Shown here: one piece after another, positions 58,318 to 64,000 of the stretch
Numbering within the stretch: position 1 is the first letter of the stretch
How the letters are laid out: every line of letters starts with the position of its first letter
Source of the DNA: a virus
Lineage: Duplodnaviria; Caudoviricetes
Virus record (IMG/VR): IMGVR_UViG_3300036802_000027
Span: 918 to 64,917 of that record
Length of the DNA stretch: 64,000 nucleotides
Reading direction: 5' to 3' (one strand)
Notes under the pieces: generated by a model
The model's input: only the letters and a program-made list of their open reading frames with translations
What the model was told of the DNA's origin: nothing
Databases searched by the model: none
Translations under genes and position numbers: made by a program

Positions 58318-58887
58318 ATGACAAACGTTATGAAAAGTGCTTGGGAAATCGCCTATGAAGGAGTTAAAAAATTCGGTGGGCAAGTTAAAGAGTACTTCGC
58401 AGATGCGTTGAGAATTGCTTGGTCCCTCTTCAAGAAAGGAGGAAAAGCATTGGAAACTAAAAAAGAAATTTTTGCAGCTAAAGTAAACCAGTACGTATCT
58501 GCCGCAAAGGGAATAAAGAAATACAAAAATGACACAAAGGAAGTTAATGCCGCTAATCTAATCGCGATGTTTAACGAAGAAAAAGCGGATGGATTAATAA
58601 AATTGATGAGCAAAAAAGCAGACGAGTTAGAATTGCGTGTGAAGCAACTACAAGCAACGGTCATTCGCACAAAACGCTTCGAAAAAATGTATCACCTCAT
58701 CACGCTTAAAAAAGATCAAAAAGTTGAAAGTCTAGTTAAAAAAGATGCAGAAGGATATCACGTAATATTCGGTTCTGGATTCTACCGCGTTATCGAAAAT
58801 GGAGTAGAGAAGTACATCCAAACAGTTCCAGGCAACACATCAATGAGAGAATTGGATAAAGAAACAGTTATTCGTTTCAAAAGATAA
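58318..58887 (+). CDS. hypothetical protein, candidate anti-defence protein
   Basis: GAGGAGG RBS; N-terminal 'VMKSAWEIAYEGVKKFGG..KEYFADALRIAW' helical module; AT-rich. Confidence 0.75.
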   Translation: MTNVMKSAWEIAYEGVKKFGGQVKEYFADALRIAWSLFKKGGKALETKKEIFAAKVNQYVSAAKGIKKYKNDTKEVNAANLIAMFNEEKADGLIKLMSKKADELELRVKQLQATVIRTKRFEKMYHLITLKKDQKVESLVKKDAEGYHVIFGSGFYRVIENGVEKYIQTVPGNTSMRELDKETVIRFKR

Positions 58888-58939
58888 TTAAACTTCCCGG
58901 GAGGGTTCGCCCTCCTATCATTTAAAGGATGTGAACAGT

Positions 58940-59470
58940 ATGAATAATGCCTTTGAACAAATGCGAGAAGGTGTGCAATGGGTACTGGACAATTGCACAT
59001 CCTATCAGGTTGCAAAAGATTTAAGGATCAACAACAGAACTATAAATCGTTATCAAAACGGAACAACCGAAACGTCAAAAATGGCGTTAGAAACCGCTGA
59101 GAAGTTGTATAGCTATTACTTAGAGGAGCTGAATAAGATGGATCGAGAAGAACTCTTTAGTAGGGCGTTAGCCGCCCTAAATAAAATAAGTGTAAGGCAT
59201 TTTGAAAAAGGAAAACCGAGTATAGAGGTAAAGTATATGAAGGACTTTAGCTTAAAGCCGATGACAATCTACGCTAGAGCGATCAAGGATGTCAGTCTTT
59301 ATGCCGATAAATTTGATGGTTATGATTTAACTTTGTGGGACCGCGCAACTAATTACATTGGATCTATGGACACTACTACTTTCAACGACGATCCACTAAG
59401 TCCTAAGTGTCTGATTTATTTCAGTAAAGAGATGACTTCTCTAAATACGTTTAAGGAGGATAACAAATGA
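58940..59470 (+). CDS. HTH (Aca-like) fused to Cas11c/Cas8c-C-terminus-like domain
   Basis: HTH 'SYQVAKDLRINNRTINRYQNG...LETAEKLY'; C-terminal 'LFSRALAALNK..SIEVKYMKDFSLKP'; internal GAGGAG-9nt-ATG at 59138. Confidence 0.6.
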   Translation: MNNAFEQMREGVQWVLDNCTSYQVAKDLRINNRTINRYQNGTTETSKMALETAEKLYSYYLEELNKMDREELFSRALAALNKISVRHFEKGKPSIEVKYMKDFSLKPMTIYARAIKDVSLYADKFDGYDLTLWDRATNYIGSMDTTTFNDDPLSPKCLIYFSKEMTSLNTFKEDNK

Positions 59471-59513
59471 ATAAAGGAACACCGTCAGCGTAAAGCTGAC
59501 GGTGTTCCTTTAT
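59471..59513. terminator. bidirectional terminator, perfect 19-bp inverted repeat
   Basis: ATAAAGGAACACCGTCAGC / GCTGACGGTGTTCCTTTAT with 5-nt loop. Confidence 0.9.
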
Positions 59514-59533
59514 CTATAAGAGACTTTAAGTTT

Positions 59534-59565
59534 ATTGTAATCCGCGCTGGAGCATGTCCAGCGAA
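59534..59565 (-). CRISPR. solitary type I-C-like CRISPR repeat unit (not an array)
   Basis: 32 nt TTCGCTGGACATGCTCCAGCGCGGATTACAAT: 2 nt + 7-bp CGC..GCG stem + 5-nt loop + 11-nt tail, same layout as I-C repeats (GTCGC...GCGTGGATTGAAAT). Confidence 0.6.
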
Positions 59566-59588
59566 TTGCGATACTAGCCAGCATAATT

Positions 59589-59617
59589 AATATACACTTT
59601 TAAGGTAAGATTGTAAA
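59589..59617 (-). promoter_or_regulatory. sigma-A promoter driving the repeat-containing small RNA
   Basis: TTTACA-17-TATATT; start expected near 59582. Confidence 0.7.
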
Positions 59618-59637
59618 TACAACAAGCGAACTCAGTT

Positions 59638-59871
59638 TTATTTCTTCGCTCCAACCGCCGATTTCCCGACGTCATACAATTTACACGCGGCTAGTCCCGT
59701 TATAATCCCCGTCATGATTCCGTCGGCCACTGTCGTATGCGGAATATATAGTAGCCCTGCAGCGAGCCCGATTACCATTGATATTAGCGGAAGATACTTC
59801 GCGGGCACGTATAACTTGAAGAACTCACCTAACGCGATAATCACCGCAACCACTACGCCTATTTCGTACAT
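59638..59871 (-). CDS. holin
   Basis: 77 aa, three hydrophobic segments, 'GIITGLAACKLYD', after endolysin. Confidence 0.8.
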   Translation of the reverse strand: MYEIGVVVAVIIALGEFFKLYVPAKYLPLISMVIGLAAGLLYIPHTTVADGIMTGIITGLAACKLYDVGKSAVGAKK

Positions 59872-59872
59872 A

Positions 59873-60571
59873 TTACTTCGCCCCCGTTTCGATATTTACC
59901 GTTTTAGTCTTCGCGTCCCACGTTACTTTCGCGCCGAGTGCTTCCGCCACTGCTCGCGCCGGTGTATACGTAGTCCCTGCGTCCAGCACTCCGTCCGCTA
60001 TCTTTTTACCATTAACGACTATGCATACTTTTACGTCTTTGTTCACGTCATTGACCGCCTTCTCCGCGTTATTTAACTTTGCTTGGACGGACGCCTTAAA
60101 CGCGATCCATCCCGTCCATTTACCGCCGTCATACATTAGTCGCGGACATATTTTACCGGACCAGTCGAAGTGTCTGCGCAGTCTATCCACGCCCCATCCG
60201 CGTTCCTTCAGCATTGATGCAACGAGAGTGGCCGCGTTATCCAGCGTCTTTGCGTAATTCCCACTTTCGCAGATTTCAATGCCAATTGACGTACGGTTAC
60301 CTGATTTCGCGGAGCTACCGTCGCCAGCGTGCCACGCGTTCTCATTCAGCGGAATACATTCGACTGCTTCGCGTTCATCTACTGCGATGTGGAACGATGC
60401 CTGGCGTAAGTTAGTCGGATTAGTTAACCACGTGCGTTCGTTAGCCGCGGTAGAGCTCGGATTTCCCGTATTGTGTATCGTAATTGTAGTCGCGGTCATC
60501 GCGTTAGCAGATCGTCTATTGCACGCTGTATTTCGTGGAATATAATCTTTACGGTAATTCATTCGCGCCAC
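59873..60571 (-). CDS. endolysin, N-acetylmuramoyl-L-alanine amidase (Amidase_2) with C-terminal copper-amine-oxidase-N-like domain
   Basis: 'ITIHNTGN', 'ASFHIAVD', 'AWHAGDG', 'SIGIEICE', 'HFDWSGKICP'. Confidence 0.95.
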   Translation of the reverse strand: MARMNYRKDYIPRNTACNRRSANAMTATTITIHNTGNPSSTAANERTWLTNPTNLRQASFHIAVDEREAVECIPLNENAWHAGDGSSAKSGNRTSIGIEICESGNYAKTLDNAATLVASMLKERGWGVDRLRRHFDWSGKICPRLMYDGGKWTGWIAFKASVQAKLNNAEKAVNDVNKDVKVCIVVNGKKIADGVLDAGTTYTPARAVAEALGAKVTWDAKTKTVNIETGAK

Positions 60572-60576
60572 CTCCG

Positions 60577-60882
60577 TTAGTTTCGTGTAACCTTCGTTTT
60601 AATTTCGTGTACATCAAGCGATAACAACTCGTACTGACCCGCCAACATCTCGAAGCGCCCCGTTAAGTCTTCTGCAAGCGACATCAAGCGGTCTTCCCGC
60701 GCATTAGCTTCGGCGTGCATCCGGTCGCGCTCCGTCTTAGCTTCGGAGCTAATGCGCTCCTCACGCGCACGCGCTTCGTCCGACATCCTCCGCATTTCTT
60801 TCCACAATATATACGCGACGGTCACCGCGAGGATGGCGAATATACCGTTCTTGGCCGCCGTTTCCCATAGCGTCTGCTCCAT
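60577..60882 (-). CDS. BhlA/UviB-like holin-associated membrane protein
   Basis: N-terminal TM 'NGIFAILAVTVAYILW' plus coiled coil. Confidence 0.65.
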   Translation of the reverse strand: MEQTLWETAAKNGIFAILAVTVAYILWKEMRRMSDEARAREERISSEAKTERDRMHAEANAREDRLMSLAEDLTGRFEMLAGQYELLSLDVHEIKTKVTRN

Positions 60883-61082
60883 TATGACGCGACCTCCTCC
60901 GGTTTTTCTGCGTCATCTAACGCGAGTAACGCCGCTACGATTTCGTCATCGAGTCGGCGGAGTATTTCTGCGCGTTGCTCAACGTTAGGGACTGCGGAAA
61001 GGACTGTGCTTATTACTGCGGACAGCTCCGGTAACGGCTGCGCGATGTCGATTGTACATTCGAACAATTGGCGTAGTTTCAT
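60882..61082 (-). CDS. small hypothetical protein
   Basis: GAAGGGGG RBS; coupled to next gene. Confidence 0.55.
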   Translation of the reverse strand: MKLRQLFECTIDIAQPLPELSAVISTVLSAVPNVEQRAEILRRLDDEIVAALLALDDAEKPEEVAS

Positions 61083-61183
61083 TTAGTGACCCCCCTTCAT
61101 TCTGTAATTGCGACAACTATCGACTATTATTAACATTTCCCATATACTGGGGTAGACAAATAATACATACAGGAGTGAACCTT

Positions 61184-61735
61184 TTGAAGAAAATCGTAAT
61201 ATCCGTTCTTTTACTTTTCGCGATAACCGCATGTTCGAACGCTAAGCTCGTTGAGCAGGCAGAAACACATTTTAACAACGCTGAGTATAACGCCGCGCTT
61301 GATGCTTACGCGAAAGCACTCGATAAGAAAGAAGATGCTGCGACTCGAAATGCTTATACAGCGCTTAAAACGGAGGTTGACCGTATCCATGTTGTGAATA
61401 AATTACGTAAAGACCTTAAGCTTGCAGTTAGTAGTTACGAATCCACGCTGAGCCCACGTGACCTATTAGATATGTGCGACAGAGTAACCGAAGTGACTGC
61501 GCAAATTGATGCGTTTGATACGACTGTTAAAGACAGTGTTTCTACTTACGTAAATAAACTACGCGAATCCTTCGGCTATACAATGAGTAGTGCGCGTATT
61601 GGGCTTATTCGAGTTAACTTAGCTATTGGGTCAACCGATGTCCCGTGGGTTACTGATGCGACCAAATTGAATGAGTACGCTGACTCTGCACTCACTGACC
61701 CGCCGCTACCTTACGGATACGCAGATGTTAATTAG
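61184..61735 (+). CDS. TPR-containing lipoprotein (moron)
   Basis: TTG 61184 after AGGAG; lipobox 'ITAC'; TPR-like 'AETHFNNAEYNAALDAYAKAL'. Confidence 0.75.
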   Translation: MKKIVISVLLLFAITACSNAKLVEQAETHFNNAEYNAALDAYAKALDKKEDAATRNAYTALKTEVDRIHVVNKLRKDLKLAVSSYESTLSPRDLLDMCDRVTEVTAQIDAFDTTVKDSVSTYVNKLRESFGYTMSSARIGLIRVNLAIGSTDVPWVTDATKLNEYADSALTDPPLPYGYADVN

Positions 61736-61802
61736 TTCCCCTTTCAACTGCATACGAATAAACCTCACCAATACTGGTGAGGTTTATTTTCGTTTGTTTA
61801 TG

Positions 61803-62357
61803 CTATTTAAGCTGTGATTCTAGTTGCGCAATCTCCGCGTTAGCTGCGATAATTTTCGCCTGTAGCTCTGCTACATAAGCGTGTTCCCCAGCTAGTTTAC
61901 CCTCTAATATTTTAACGCTACCCTCATGTATTGCTACATCCGTTGTAAAAGCCTTTTGTTCTGCGATTTTCTTTTCTAATTCCATTATTGATGTACTTTT
62001 TGTAATGTGGATGTTCTCAGCGGTACTCTCAATCTCATTTTTCAAGAATTGAATACGTTGCAATGCGGCTGCATTTATCGTCGGGTCATGTTGCATTGTC
62101 GCTACCTCGCTTGTCATCGAGACTTTTCCCCCTTTAATAGACAGCTTATATCCAGATACATCCGCCAGGCTACGGACCGGCGCATATGTAACGCCATCTA
62201 CGACGATAGCATCTTTAATCGTCTTACCATTCAGTTCGACTGACATTGTACTTTGAACTTTCTTTCCTACTAAGCTAGTTGTTGCGGCTGTTGCAATTGC
62301 TGCCAAAGACAAGAGGAATACAAGTGCGATTAGTGAGGAATAGATAGTTTTCTTCAT
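61803..62357 (-). CDS. secreted protein with copper-amine-oxidase-N-like domain and coiled coil
   Basis: signal peptide; 'DGVTYAPVRSLAD' motif; ATG 62357 after AGGAGG. Confidence 0.75.
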   Translation of the reverse strand: MKKTIYSSLIALVFLLSLAAIATAATTSLVGKKVQSTMSVELNGKTIKDAIVVDGVTYAPVRSLADVSGYKLSIKGGKVSMTSEVATMQHDPTINAAALQRIQFLKNEIESTAENIHITKSTSIMELEKKIAEQKAFTTDVAIHEGSVKILEGKLAGEHAYVAELQAKIIAANAEIAQLESQLK

Positions 62358-62407
62358 AATTTTACCTCCTACGTGGTTTGACAACATTATACACCAACCG
62401 CGACAAT

Positions 62408-64000
62408 TTACTTAGGAATATTAACCATTGCCAATGTACCACCACTTACACTAAAAAGTTTAAGATTCCGTGTATTAGAATCGAAAGACATATTTGTAGC
62501 CGTTTGGCTCGAACTCGGCTTAGTATTAATGGATGAGTCGATTGAGTTTAACTTTATCTGTAACCCTTCTACAGCATTAATATTGATTCCGGAAACCTGA
62601 CTTTGGGAAAAATCAACATTACCTTGAGTGTAAATCGTCCCCATAGCTGCTAGAAACATGTTGCCAAGTGACTGAATATGGAATAACGAGTCCCCACCGT
62701 TAATAGAACCACCTCCGCCACTAGCCCCATTAAAGCTAATTGCGTTCATTCCCGCGGAGTCTGATTGGTTTATCGAAATCCGCTGGCGGTTGCTCCCGTC
62801 ATATGTTCGCCATCCATTCGAATCTATTTCAACTCTCGCACCACTTGCCGAAGTCCGTAGCAACGCGCCTGTTATCGTTCCCCCATTAACATACGATGAG
62901 TTCATCGTCGTGCCGTTAATCGTCCCCGCATTAATCACCGACGACTCCATAACAGACTGCTCGATACGTCCCGTCAGCGTAATAGACCGCGCAATAACAT
63001 CTCCGTTCATCATTACGCGAAACGGCGCACTACTAAAATTCGCATGTCCTGCCGCAATCCCGTTCGTATTAATCTGCGTGACGTTATTTCCGCTCCCAAT
63101 AAGCAGCGACACGAAACTACCGAGCTGTCCTGTAATAGCCGGCGCTGCTATCCCGTTAGCATTAATCGCAGTCATTGCGGTAGCTCCGCCGTCTTTCGTA
63201 AATATGATGCCGTCGGCGGTCATGATGACCTGATTACTCGAGATTGCTTTACTCTGCAGGATGATACCGCGAATGTCGTATTTAACTTCCGTCTTGGACG
63301 CATTAACGTCGATAACCGCAAGCCGTGCGAACTCTTCGAATGCCTCCGCACGAACACGACCACCACTAAATACGTTCTCAACAGCGCGTCTACTCACCTC
63401 TAATCCGGCGATGATCTGCGTATAGTCTCTCGTCATTACGTTAGCAACAGTAAGCTGCGTTTGGTTGTCTGCAGAGTACGGATACTCCGTTAGCTCCGTG
63501 ATTCTAGCGCTAATATCCGCTAACCCGAGTTCGGGGTCAACGCAGACTACGGAGTCGCCGAGTCCTGGCTTCGGTTCATCGCCATCTACTTTGTACAGAT
63601 CCGCAGTCGATACGGTTACCTCTAGCGCAGGCACCTCACGTTCGCGGAGTCGTTTACGTGTGGCTACGAGTAACTTCGTTACATCAGTCACGCTTTGTTC
63701 GCGGACGATATCGTCAAAGTACGGCACGCTGTCGCTACTCCAATACGCAGCATACGGAGATACGAGGTAGTTAACCGCGAGGTTCCCGTTGACAATCGCA
63801 CCTGGTATTTGCGCCAATAATGCACGCTCATCTGCCGTCAGTATTGACGCAGGCTGCCCGATCCATGTCCGCGAATCTTTCATCTCTGCATACATACGAG
63901 TACACAGCGATGCGCCATCGTCTTTGAATGACGCAGTAATAAGGTTCTTTCCGACTTGAACGCGATAATCTGACGTAGCGTTCCCGATCTTTTTCCGCAA
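62408..64000 (-). CDS. tail spike / prophage endopeptidase-type tail protein, partial (5' end beyond window)
   Basis: 'LCTRMYA', 'PGLGDSVVCVDPELG..ARITELTEYPY' motifs; frame open to window end. Confidence 0.8.
   Translation of the reverse strand: MRKKIGNATSDYRVQVGKNLITASFKDDGASLCTRMYAEMKDSRTWIGQPASILTADERALLAQIPGAIVNGNLAVNYLVSPYAAYWSSDSVPYFDDIVREQSVTDVTKLLVATRKRLREREVPALEVTVSTADLYKVDGDEPKPGLGDSVVCVDPELGLADISARITELTEYPYSADNQTQLTVANVMTRDYTQIIAGLEVSRRAVENVFSGGRVRAEAFEEFARLAVIDVNASKTEVKYDIRGIILQSKAISSNQVIMTADGIIFTKDGGATAMTAINANGIAAPAITGQLGSFVSLLIGSGNNVTQINTNGIAAGHANFSSAPFRVMMNGDVIARSITLTGRIEQSVMESSVINAGTINGTTMNSSYVNGGTITGALLRTSASGARVEIDSNGWRTYDGSNRQRISINQSDSAGMNAISFNGASGGGGSINGGDSLFHIQSLGNMFLAAMGTIYTQGNVDFSQSQVSGININAVEGLQIKLNSIDSSINTKPSSSQTATNMSFDSNTRNLKLFSVSGGTLAMVNIPK

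Noticed and set aside
1-64000. Integrase/att, protelomerase, arbitrium (AimR/AimP) or tRNA genes
   Set aside because: No recombinase or telomere-resolvase motifs, no TPR receptor plus secreted peptide pair, no tRNA signatures found by eye.
1-64000. Stop-codon reassignment
   Set aside because: Core genes are full length under the standard bacterial code; apparent truncations are explained by ATC/ATT starts.

Overview
The window is almost the whole genome of a temperate long-tailed phage of a Bacillales host (Paenibacillus-like, inferred from copper-amine-oxidase-N-type domains on the endolysin and a secreted protein). It is circularly permuted and opened inside the tail module. Nearly all genes are on the minus strand: packaging/head/tail (1-18.3 kb and 62.4-64 kb), lysis (59.6-61.1 kb), nucleotide metabolism (class I RNR, dUTPase, dNMP kinase, a deleted thyX), replication/recombination (PolA-family polymerase, primase, helicase, loader, SSB, RuvC-like, exonucleases) and early/regulatory genes. 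I found no integrase; a ParA/small-partner pair, parS-like repeats and a RepL-like gene with direct repeats point to a phage-plasmid. Top candidate system (58.2-59.6 kb): a two-gene operon whose second gene fuses an Aca-like HTH to a domain resembling Cas11c (Cas8c C-terminus) with an internal RBS, facing a separately promoted small RNA carrying one 32-nt type I-C CRISPR-repeat mimic, i.e. a possible combined protein + RNA anti-CRISPR against type I-C. Other highlights: a ~750-nt pseudoknotted non-coding RNA candidate upstream of parA, two classes of phage-specific promoter-like motifs, recurrent ATC/ATT start codons in core genes, an XRE-controlled cassette of unannotated membrane micro-peptides, and a LAGLIDADG endonuclease inserted at the dut 3' end beside a thyX with an internal deletion. 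All family assignments come from motif recognition by eye; no database searches were run.
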